Assembly: GCF_001194135.2 (NCBI RefSeq)
Contig: NC_068984.1
Location: forward strand, 38,272,825 to 38,336,824
DNA from: Octopus bimaculoides
Lineage: Eukaryota
Direction: 5' to 3'
DNA: 64,000 bases
The number at the start of each line of letters is the position of its first letter. The first letter of the stretch is position 1. Under the pieces are notes generated by a model. That model searched no databases and had not been told where the DNA came from. It was given only the letters and a program-made list of their open reading frames with translations. This document shows positions 1-9,871 of the stretch, piece after piece. The position numbers were made by a program, and so were the translations under genes.

Positions 1-69
1 AATTGCTGGCCTTGTGCCAAAATTTGAAACCAATATTAGGTTAGCCAACTGGCTGAATCATTAATGTGT

Positions 70-625
70 TAAAAAGAAAATGCCTTGTATTTGTTCTGAC
101 TCTTTGCATTCTGAATTCTAATCCTGCTGAAGTCAACTTTGCTTTTCATTCCTCTGGGGTCAATAAAATCAAGTACCAGTATAGTACTGAAGTTTATCTA
201 ATCAACAACCTCAAAATTATTTGTCTCATTCCTAAAGTTGAGACAATTATTATAATGGCTGATGCCAAAATAGTATGCTGTATATTCTAGTGTGGCTTTT
301 AACATCTCATACTGCATTGACCTTCTCAGTCGAAATATATAATAAAAATATAAGGTCGTCAATATTGTATCCTCTTACTAAACTGGTCCAGACTCTTTGG
401 CAGAGATCATTATTGTAGCAGAGAGAGGGAGTGGAGTGTTTAAAATTGTTGTATAGAACATGAAATGACTTAGAGATATTCATTGTTCCTACTATGTTTT
501 GAGTTCAAGTTTTGGGGCCAACTCTTATCTTTTCTCCCTTTGCAGCATCAATGTGATATAAGTACCAGTGAATTCAGTTGACTGTATCACCTCCTTATAT
601 ATTTATAGCCTTGTACCAAAGAAAT
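70..625 (+). mobile_element. Two degenerate copies of SINE family B (tRNA-derived head, GGGGTCGATAAAATAAGTACCAGT-type core)
   Basis: Core variants ctctggggtcaataaaatcaagtaccagt (~152-180) and gcagcatcaatgtgatataagtaccagt (~542-569). Both match the well-preserved copy at 60384-60590. Confidence 0.65.
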
Positions 626-664
626 CTATAACATTCCTGCAGATATGTGTGTGTGGATGTGTGT

Positions 665-835
665 AATCATCATTATTGTTTAACATCCATGTTCCATACT
701 GGCATGAGCTGGATGACTCGACAGGATCTGATAGGTTTGAGGACTGCATTGTGCTCCAGTATCTGCTTTGGCATGGTTTCTACAGCTGGATGCTCTTTCT
801 GATGCCAACATCTTTACAGTGTGTACAGAGTAGTT
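665..835 (-). mobile_element. RTE/SINE shared 3' tail fragment
   Basis: catcattattgtttaacatccatgttccatactggcatg ... tttctacagctggatgctctttctgatgccaac is the reverse complement of the RTE 3' end seen at 19730-19908. Confidence 0.7.
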
Positions 836-1084
836 GGAGTAGAACTAGAAAGAGATAAAAATATTGGTAATGAGGTGTCAGATGGACCCTCAGGATACAA
901 GGTGAGAAGTGGGTGAGGTACTAAGAGGAGTGGGGATTGAGGAAATGCTGAAGGTTGCGGTTCTAGTCATTTAATTGCAGCAGCTGAATAGTACCATTAG
1001 AGAGATGATGAGTGGTGGGAATGTCTTGAGGAAGTTGGGCAGGATTGGTAGTTGTGTATATACATAGGCATTATGCATTGAGAC

Positions 1085-1860
1085 TCTGTTTCTCTGAAGT
1101 GGGTTGATCTTCCCAAGAACTGCATGTCACCGTAATCCTGGTCCTTTGTCATCTCTGTGAGGTTCAAAGTCTTGAAACCAGCCTCCATCACTTCACCCCA
1201 TGTCTTCCTAGGTCTTCCACTTCCACAAGCTCCATCCACATTGAGCAACACTTCTTTAAATAGTTGTTCTTGTCCATATGCATCGCTTGTTCATGCCAGT
1301 GCAGTCTTTTTTCCTTGCACACTATATCTGATTCCTCGTATCTATTTTGTCTCTCAACACATTTGTACTTTGTCATTCATGTACATATTGCAGATCCAGC
1401 AGAGCATACTTCATTTCTTTCTACTCTTCTCAAATTCTCAGCATTCAGAGTCCATGTCTTACTTTCATGCAGTAGTTCTAACACACGTGTTACCATCCGC
1501 CTTTCACTATGAAGTAAAAGAGCTTTGTTACTAGCTGTGGTAGAATTTCCATGAACTTTTTCCAGCTTGTTCTTACCCTGCCTACTATAGTTTCAGAGCA
1601 ACTACTTCCCCTGCTAATTACATTTCATAAGGAAAAAGAAAGACAAAAAAAAGCTATCAATTACTTCCAAGTGGGCCATCCGGACATTTAAGAGGATCTA
1701 TTTCTAGTGTGTTCATAGTACATACTGCTCCAGTGCATCTGTCACATATGAAGCCTGCTTTGTGTTTGTCTGTTTTGGATTCCACTATACCTCTTCCATG
1801 TTCACACACACACATACAAGATTTGCAAGAAGCTAGTCCTGAATGGACAAAAAGTAACTA
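1085..1860 (-). mobile_element. Degenerate RTE-clade LINE, 3' part of ORF
   Basis: Minus-strand translation gives GACGSGRPRKTWGEVMEAGFKTLNLTEM, CSETIVGRVRTSWKKFMEILPQL and FICDRCTGAV, with frameshifts and stops. Homologous to the copies at 9018-9305 and 21490-22180. Confidence 0.85.
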
Positions 1861-2149
1861 GTCTCATTGTTACAGGCATGAACTACTTGGCCTGGTGGCT
1901 ATCTGGTGAAAGAGGCAGTTTTTAACAATCTCTCCAGCCCTACCAATGTCTACTGAATGCTCAAACCAGTAACTATTCAGCTATTTGCTAATTACATACC
2001 TACTTACCTTTTCTTTTTATATTTTTTTTCAGATTTTAGTGTGTGTTTTACAGTAATGTTTGGAATGTTTCTTTTTCTCTCTTCCCTTCCCTCTTTTCCT
2101 TGACTCCATTGCTTAGTTTACTGGAAATGATAGTATATTCAATATAAAT

Positions 2150-2224
2150 TGAATTCTTTTCTAACGACTCAGGTCTCATAATGCCTTAGTGATTGTGAGG
2201 CATGAATCCAGAGAAAAGAATTCA
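2150..2224. ncRNA. Candidate pre-miRNA-like hairpin (unrecognised family)
   Basis: 33-nt arms in exact register, 28/33 positions paired on the + strand (26 Watson-Crick + 2 GU), 9-nt loop. No match to a miRNA I recognise. Confidence 0.3.
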
Positions 2225-2357
2225 TTTAAGTGTACTATGTACTCTATTACCTGTATTGAGTACTTTGAGTACACATATTTGTTGATTAAAAAGTGACATT
2301 TGAATATATTATGTTTTAATGTGATATGTTTTTTTAATATTCATATTGTTCTTTCAG

Positions 2358-2358
<1 letters not shown>

Positions 2359-2413
<55 letters not shown>
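2359..2413. repeat. (TA)n microsatellite
   Basis: Near-perfect TA run with one CA interruption. Confidence 0.95.
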
Positions 2414-2795
2414 GAAATTAAAAATGTGTTATAAGTATTATAGGATAAAATCCTATATAAACCCAACTAACAGTTAAAAAATGGAGAAGAGATTTTTAAA
2501 ACTTTTAATCCATATGATCATTTCAAATGATAATACTAACATGTAAGAAAACATGGAAAAAACTAAATTATTTATAATAATAATAAAATTAATTTAATTA
2601 GGTATTACCATTCTCTTCAGTGGAAAAAATTAGTAAAACATCAAAAAAGGTATTAACAAAAGGATATTACAATAAGACTACAGAGAGCTTGTGTCGGATA
2701 AAGTTGATTGGATATTCATAACAAAAATGTGAAATAGGAAAGAAGAGATATAGAAACATGTTAATGTAGTGTTGAGTCTGTCTGTGTATATATAT

Positions 2796-3166
2796 CTTCT
2801 TTTTTCGTATTTGTTTCAGTCATTTGACTGTGGCCACATTTAGTTGAACAAATCGACCCCAGAACTTATTCTTTGTAAGCCTAGTACTTATTATGTTGGT
2901 CTCTTTTGCCGGACCGCTAAGTTACGGGGACGTAAACACACCAACATTGGCTGTCAAGCAATAGTGGGGGGAACAAACGCAGACACACACACACATATAT
3001 ACGATGGGCTTCTTTCACTTTCCATCTACCAAATCCACTCACAAGGCTTTGGTTGGCCTGAAACTACAGTAGAAAACACTTGTCCAAGGTGCTATGCAGT
3101 GGGACTGAACCTGGAACCATGTGGTTGGTAAGCAAGCTACTTACCACACAGCCACTCCTGTGCCTA
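2796..3166 (-). mobile_element. SINE family A, near full length (tRNA head + CCTTGGGCAAG CORE-like motif + microsatellite + non-RTE tail)
   Basis: The minus strand reads ggagtggctgtgtggtaag (A box), ccaggttcagtcccac (B box), ccttggacaagtgttttct, then (TG)n and a tail ending gactgaaacaaatacgaaaaaaga. Confidence 0.85.
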
Positions 3167-3195
3167 TATATGTATATATATATATATATATATAT

Positions 3196-3564
3196 NNNNN
3201 NNNNNNNNNNNNNNNNNNNNNNNNNNNNNNNNNNNNNNNNNNNNNNNNNNNNNNNNNNNNNNNNNNNNNNNNNNNNNNNNNNNNNNNNNNNNNNNNNNNN
3301 NNNNNNNNNNNNNNNNNNNNNNNNNNNNNNNNNNNNNNNNNNNNNNNNNNNNNNNNNNNNNNNNNNNNNNNNNNNNNNNNNNNNNNNNNNNNNNNNNNNN
3401 NNNNNNNNNNNNNNNNNNNNNNNNNNNNNNNNNNNNNNNNNNNNNNNNNNNNNNNNNNNNNNNNNNNNNNNNNNNNNNNNNNNNNNNNNNNNNNNNNNNN
3501 NNNNNNNNNNNNNNNNNNNNNNNNNNNNNNNNNNNNNNNNNNNNNNNNNNNNNNNNNNNNNNNN
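3196..3564. other. Assembly gap
   Basis: N-run directly after a (TA)n tract. Confidence 1.
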
Positions 3565-4032
3565 TACAGCTTATCTAAATGCATTCATAGGGTAACTAAA
3601 AGAAGAAAAAAAAAAAGAAAAAATCCCAAGAACTTTGATGCAAATTCATTTTTTAAACAGTAAACATGAATGAAACTGATTTAAGGGTGGGGGTGGGGGA
3701 ACAATACATTTAACCCTTTAAATTTATATAATATGCTAGCTACCCTGTATCTGATGTCAACTTCAATATTTGACAAAAGTTACAAGTATCCTCTTTCATT
3801 TGACATTTGCCACACAAACGTTATGTAGGAAAAAGGAAAACCAATGAGCAGTAATTTTATTTCTTGCCAAAACTCAAAATATTTGTTTCGCATTTTGGTT
3901 TAGAATGCTTCATACCCACTTCATTGAAATTATATATGGGTTTTGAAATTAAGTAGGTCAGGATGAAGAAAATGTGCTTTGGAAAGAAACAAATTTATGG
4001 CCCATTTGGATCTATTCAGTTCATCAACGTTC

Positions 4033-4553
4033 TTAACTCTTTAGCATTCAGATTACTCAGTTCAATGTAATGTGTATTCACATTGTTTTGAATTTAACTG
4101 GCACTCTGATTACGATGATGAGTGTTTCCAGTTGATCTGATCAATGGAATAGCCTACTCGTGAAATTAACGTGCAAGTGGCTGAGCATTCCACAGACATG
4201 AGTACCCTTAACATAGTTCTCAAGGAGATTCAATGTGACAAAGCTGGAACTTTGAAATATAGATACTACTCATTTTTGCCAGCTGAGCAGACTGCAACAA
4301 CATGAAATAAAGTGTCTTGCTCAAGGACACAACATGCTGCCAAGTATCAAACTCATGATGTTACAGTTGTGAGCCTTCACTATTTTGAACTAATCATGCA
4401 TTATCATACAGCTTTGTGATTTTGATAAGATGATTATTTATATTTAGAATGGTATTGTAGGGCAGGTGTGAGATGCTGGATCTGGCTGTTTTGAATATAA
4501 AACAGGAAGAGGATTTTGGTTTGATGTGGCTGGTTTAAATGCTAAAAGGTTAA
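4033..4553. mobile_element. piggyBac-like MITE family 1, interrupted by a SINE
   Basis: Termini TTAActctttagcatt ... aatgctaaaaggTTAA. An uninterrupted relative lies at 9459-9660. Confidence 0.75.
4093..4375 (-). mobile_element. SINE family C, 5'-truncated, nested in the MITE
   Basis: Matches the copy at 42105-42420 (gtcttgctcaaggacacaa; gaaattaacgtgcaagtggctgagc). Flanked by the TSD-like pair ttcacattgttttgaa / ttcactattttgaa. Confidence 0.8.
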
Positions 4554-4880
4554 ATCTGGGTTTCTTATCATCTTTAAGTGCCTAAAATGGGAATATTCTA
4601 GTTTTTTATTGAATGTAAAATCAGTCATTTTTTTTTAACATTAGTATACATGGAAATTGTTGAAAATTATATCTTGCCATGTTGCTTTTGTAAAATATAG
4701 TTTTGCTGCTAGAAGTATTTATAATTCTCTTTATTTTCGTGAAGTTTATATTGTTTCCTTTTAAGTAATAACAGTCCTTTAGTTTCATTGCTCATTATGC
4801 ATTTTCTCATCACACGACTTTAAAAATTCTGAAATAGTATTGTAAATATCATAAGAATGACACAGGCAGTTTTTCTTTAG

Positions 4881-5044
4881 AAAGCCATCAAACTTCAGTG
4901 TAGTAAAAATTCTGAAATTCTTGTTCATTTTTATGGCATTGTTTCTGAAAAATATGAATATTCAACTGATGAACTTTTATCTTATTCATTCTTTCATAAC
5001 ATTAAGCAATATAACATAGAGACCATCACTGAGATGTTTTGCAG
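4881..5044 (+). CDS. Candidate coding exon (KAIKLQCSKNSEILVHFYGIVSEKYEYSTDELLSYSFFHNIKQYNIETITEMFC), product unknown
   Basis: Acceptor gtttttctttag, donor GCAG|gtaatt, 54 open codons in non-repetitive AT-rich DNA. No family recognised with confidence. Confidence 0.3.
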
Positions 5045-5245
5045 GTAATTACTGCCGATGAATAATGCAGTGAATCGTAAAGATATTTGGAACTGTTTCT
5101 TTTAAATGTACTATGAAGCTACGATGGTGGCTAATCATAGTAAGTGCTTCTGCAGTTGCACATGCAATAACATTTGTGTGAGCTGTATTTTTATCTTTAA
5201 AAACGCTGCTCTATAAATCGTAGAACATTTTGTATCAGTTTTCAG

Positions 5246-5270
5246 TTGTTCAGCAAATCAGAATTCTCCA
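5246..5270 (+). CDS. Candidate 25-nt microexon (CSANQNSP)
   Basis: Acceptor agttttcag, donor CCA|gtaagt. In phase with 4881-5044 and with a terminal piece at 5435-5446 (ttcttctacag|CTA GTC AGA TGA). Confidence 0.25.
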
Positions 5271-7349
5271 GTAAGTTCTTGATCAGTATTTGAATATTGC
5301 ATCTTGGCTAATAACATTCGTTATCATGTAAAGTTGTCTCAGCAAATTGTGATGAAAATTCTATGATTTTCAAATCACAGCAAAGGAATTAGTTATTTAA
5401 TTAAAGCTTGTCTTATCTGTAACTTCTTCTACAGCTAGTCAGATGAAAGTTTCATCAAAACTATGGTTTTGTACATTTTAGCAATTACTTATATAATTTT
5501 TTAAGATGCAGCCAATCCTTTTTCTTGTTGGGTACTTTGTTTTACAATTAACTCATTAAAATTGTAGAATGATTTTTTTTTTTAAATTTCATTTTCCAGA
5601 CACTTTTTTTTATTATTGTGAAACGATCAATCATTCTTAAAGATTTTCTTTTTCTTAAGAAAGTTTGTTCACATTATAAACATGCTTATAGGTAACTGCT
5701 CACTCTTAATGATGGGAATAACTTCATATCTTAAATATTTACATGAATATTGGCAGCCCCTTTTCATTTATTTCATGATGCTAACCACAATATCAATATT
5801 TACACGAAGAAGAATAAAACTTAATGAAGGACTGGTGTGAAAACAAAAAACAAAAACTTCCTAGCTTTATGTGAATTCTGTAGGAAATAAAGTTGAGAAT
5901 GTTTCTTTTATACTGAATTAAATATAATTGATTACATGATATAATTAAAATTGTGAGGAAGGCTTTAAGAATCAATATATAGAAAGTAAAAGTTTATTTT
6001 TGATTGCTTAGAAATTGATAAAAATATTTGGAAATGAATAATCAGAATACTTTCATTTTGCAGTACTTTTGTACTTCAATATTTGCTGACATTTTACTAT
6101 ACAGGAGGTCTTCCACTGATCTGATTTAGAAAAATATCTAAATTCTGTCTGTAATAGTGTAGTAGTTTGAAAAACCAAACCAAAGCCTCTGCAGGCATTG
6201 ATCTAAATGGGGTGGGACCATATCATTTCTACTTGATTACCACTTATTCTTTTTAAATGGAAATTCAATCACATTATCATCATTGATATTATTCATTACC
6301 ATCATGAAATTTGAAGGCATGATTAAACAAATTAAGGTGTTTATGCATTTATTGGCCTACAATAAAGAATGAAAGCATTTGATAATAAAGACATTAATGA
6401 GCTGAAGTATTCAACCAATTTAACTGTCACTTTTTACGTGTTGATTCTTAAGGTCTGCCGATTTTGGTATTAACTTTACAATAAAGTTTGTATTAATTAT
6501 ATAATAAATAGTCATTGGTCAATCATGTTAATCTTCTTGAAAAAGATTTACTTTTATCCTGTTATTGATTTAAATAATTTATTACCTACTAATTTGCTCT
6601 ATGATGGCATTAATTTTCTGTGAGATTAAAACCAGTATAAACTGAAGTTGCTGGTCAGTAAAATTTTAGTCTTTAATAATATTTAATTAGTCCTACCACT
6701 GAAAATTTTATCAACAAAAAAGCTCATTATGGTAGTCTTTGATATTAGCGTGCCACTTTCACTTTATGAAACTGTAGTTAGCATCACATTCTTTGGTGGC
6801 AGTAGAAGATTTAAAAAAAGGAAGAAAAAAATTGTGAGCCTGTGCTGCAACCAGCTTGTTTGTCATTGTGGATATTTTGCTATGCAATTAAAAACTATTT
6901 TTTGTTTTGTTGAAGTTGTTGTTTAAGATGAGAGGGTGTAATTGTATCAGATTGTTTAGGGTGTTTGTTGTTCATTTTTGTATTATTTAAAATGGCAACA
7001 ATAGCAAGAGCAATGCAAAAATTCTAAACAATCTGATACAATCATGCCTTCCCAACCTAACAACATTCAAAACAAACAAAATTCAAACAATACAAATGTA
7101 GTTCAACAATATAAAAAATAATTCAATCACAACAATGCAAAAAGATAATTCTAAATTCTCACCCCAAAATATTCCTGATAGCAAACAAAAGCAGGTTGCA
7201 GCATAACATCAAAAGAAATTCTTCCATAGTCACCCAAGTGATACCAGCTACAATTTGACGAAATGAAAGTGGCATGCTTTTATCAAAGATCACACTTCTT
7301 TATAAATTATGATAGTTAATAAATTCACTTCTAAATCAATTTCAGAGTA

Positions 7350-7770
7350 TAGGCACAGGTGGCTGTGTGGTTAAGAAGTTTTCTTCATAGTTACATAGTT
7401 TCAGGTCCAATTTCACTACATGGCTCCTTGGGCAAGTGTCTTATATTATAGCCCCAGGCTGACCGAAGCCTTGTGAGTAAATATGGTAGATGGAAACTGA
7501 AAGAAGCCCATCATATGTGAATGTGTGTGTGATTGTGTTTCCTTGCCTTGATCTAAATTATAATTGTAAATGAGTGTCATTGTCATACAAGCAGTGTCAT
7601 TCATTTCCAGTGATCTGCGAAAATATATCTGGCTATGAGGAAACAATACCTTGTTTGGAAACAAATGAGGATGGGCAACAGGAAGGGTATCTGGCCATAG
7701 AAAAGTTACCTGTATAAACTCAGTCCGCCCAATGCATGCATGGAAAAGTCACTGTTAAAACAATGATGCT
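7350..7770 (+). mobile_element. SINE family A with RTE-type tail
   Basis: Head ggtggctgtgtggttaagaag ... ccttgggcaagtgtctt. The 3' part caggaagggtatctggccatagaaaa ... gcatggaaaagtcactgttaaaacaatgatg resembles the RTE 3' end. Confidence 0.8.
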
Positions 7771-8177
7771 GCTTCAACTAATGTTTACTTCCTCACTCAG
7801 TGTTCAGTGTTCTCTGGTTGAGAAATACTTTGTTAAATGAAGAGTTTGGCCTGTGTGTGTAGGTATGGGATGTTTCAAAAAAGGAACAATCTATTGTATT
7901 GATTGCAAATTACTGCTACTGATAAGTTGGTATAATTTTTCACTGTTTGGTCTAAGGACAAGAACTGGCCGTAACCACTTTCCAAATCTTCATATGCCCC
8001 AAAACCCTCAGAGCCCCTTTTAAATGAATCCTGGTGAGTGCTGTCTCCTTAGCATTAAGTAAATGAAACAAAAATTCCTCATGGGAGTGTGCTTATCTAT
8101 CTTAGGTGTTTTACTCAGATAATAAGATATCCATTTATTGCCCAAGTATGCAACATTCCAAGATAAGGTTAGTCATA

Positions 8178-8265
8178 TACAAGGTGGCTCGTGAATGTTT
8201 TTACCATTGTGTGCAGGCACACACATACATGTATAATGGTATAGTATTTTATGGACCACCCTGTA
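8178..8265. mobile_element. 88-bp Tc1/mariner-like mini-MITE
   Basis: TA-flanked imperfect TIRs TAcaaggtggctcgtgaa ... ttttatggaccaccctgTA, with an inner accattgt/ataatggt inversion. Confidence 0.5.
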
Positions 8266-8293
8266 TGTATATGTGTGTGTGTATATATATATA

Positions 8294-9305
8294 TCATCAT
8301 CATCGTTTAACGTCCGCTTTCCATGCTAGCATGGGTTGGACGATTTGACTGAGGACTGGTGAAACCGGATGGCAACACCAGGCTCCAGTCTAATTTGGCA
8401 GAGTTTCTACAGCTGGATGCCCTTCCTAACGCCAACCACTCAGAGAGTGTAGTGGGTGCTTTTACGTGTCACCCGCACGAAAACGGCCACGCTCGAAATG
8501 GTGTCTTTTATGTGCCNNNNNNNNNNNNNNNNNNNNNNNNNNNNNNNNNNNNNNNNNNNNNNNNNNNNNNNNNNNNNNNNNNNNNNNNNNNNNNNNNNNN
8601 NNNNNNNNNNNNNNNNNNNNNNNNNNNNNNNNNNNNNNNNNNNNNNNNNNNNNNNNNNNNNNNNNNNNNNNNNNNNNNNNNNNNNNNNNNNNNNNNNNNN
8701 NNNNNNNNNNNNNNNNNNNNNNNNNNNNNNNNNNNNNNNNNNNNNNNNNNNNNNNNNNNNNNNNNNNNNNNNNNNNNNNNNNNNNNNNNNNNNNNNNNNN
8801 NNNNNNNNNNNNNNNNNNNNNNNNNNNNNNNNNNNNNNNNNNNNNNNNNNNNNNNNNNNNNNNNNNNNNNNNNNNNNNNNNNNNNNNNNNNNNNNNNNNN
8901 NNNNNNNNNNNNNNNNNNNNNNNNNNNNNNNNNNNNNNNNNNNNNNNNNNNNNNNNNNNNNNNNNNNNNNNNNNNNNNNNNNNNNNNNNNNNNNNNNNNN
9001 NNNNNNNNNNNNNNNNNAGCAGCTACACTTTCAGCGCACCCACCCCCACTACTAACTTGGTCGCCCAGATAGCGGAAGCTATCGACTACCTCTAGTTTTT
9101 CACCCTGGAATGAGATAGAAGTTGTTTCCTGTTTGTTTACAGTCTTTATTGCACCTGAACATCTGCCACAAACAAAAACTAACTTGCTAGTTAACCTGCC
9201 TTTGATGTTGCTGCACCTCTTATGTGTCCATAGCTTGCACCGGGTACATCTTATAGAGTTACTACCTACTCCTTTTCTACATACTGAGCAGGGCCAGCTA
9301 CCTGA
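8294..9305 (-). mobile_element. Young RTE-clade LINE spanning a gap: 3' UTR with (GAT)n tail plus RT-region ORF segment containing a PHD finger
   Basis: 9018-9299 on the minus strand is open: SWPCSVCRKGVGSNSIRCTRCKLWTHKRCSNIKGRLTSKLVFVCGRCSGAIKTVNKQETTSISFQGEKLEVVDSFRYLGDQVSSGGGCAESVAA. 8294-8516 is a CpG-retaining 3' UTR. That both sides belong to one copy is inferred across the 8517-9017 gap. Confidence 0.9.
8517..9017. other. Assembly gap
   Basis: 501 N. Confidence 1.
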
Positions 9306-9458
9306 AATATGGAATGTAAAGAGTAAGACAAAGTAGATGTGATGGAACAGAAGTGGGTGAATAGGTGGGTAAATGGTTAGAGTGGCAAATGATACGCATG
9401 TTGTATAGACGACAGAGCTTTGAGGGTAGATCTGAGTGGGCTTTGAGTCAACCTTGTT

Positions 9459-9660
9459 TTAACACTTCAGTATTTAAACTGACTATATCTAGCCAAAATA
9501 TTCTGTCTGTTTTATGTTTGGACCAGACAGATGTGGCCTATCACACCTACCCAAAAAATAGACGGTCACATCATTGAAACCTCAAAGCTCTGAGAAAATG
9601 CATGATTAATTCAAAACAATGTGAATAAATAAGCATTACATCTGAATACTAAAGGGTTAA
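9459..9660. mobile_element. piggyBac-like MITE family 1, uninterrupted, opposite orientation to 4033-4553
   Basis: Termini TTAAcacttcagtattt ... aatactaaagggTTAA. The internal atgcatgattaattcaaaacaatgtgaata matches the 4.0-4.5 kb copy inverted. Confidence 0.75.
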
Positions 9661-9772
9661 TGTACTTCAATGTGATATCTGACAGGTAAGTAATTGGTGT
9701 TGTATAAAACCCAGTTTTGTTAAAGGATAGTCAGTTTAGATACAGACCAGAGCTTTACTGTCTCTTTCTTAC

Positions 9773-9871
9773 TATCATATTCTTTCTTTGTTGTACTTTC
9801 CATCATCACTCCCAATTTTTTCTTAACTTCGCTTTCTTCTCTTTGATGTTCTGCATGTTCTTTTTGCTTTT
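9773..9871 (-). CDS. Candidate 99-nt symmetric phase-1 exon (xKQKEHAEHQREESEVKKKLGVMMESTTKKEYD), product unknown
   Basis: Acceptor tttaatgaatttcttttgacag, donor GATA|gtaaga. Only one of three frames is open, and it is charge-rich and helix-like. Confidence 0.5.

Noticed and set aside
3080-3663. Long ORFs spanning N-runs (also 8359-9095, 20320-20878, 37441-37772, 51010-51423, 59247-59987)
   Set aside because: They are open only because N codons contain no stops.
5110-5141. SECIS-like element (ATGA in a stem)
   Set aside because: Too short, and it lacks the GA quartet partner and apical AAR geometry.
5373-5392. miR-2-family seed AAUCACAG on a hairpin 3' arm
   Set aside because: The rest does not resemble miR-2, and pairing does not extend to a pre-miRNA-length stem.
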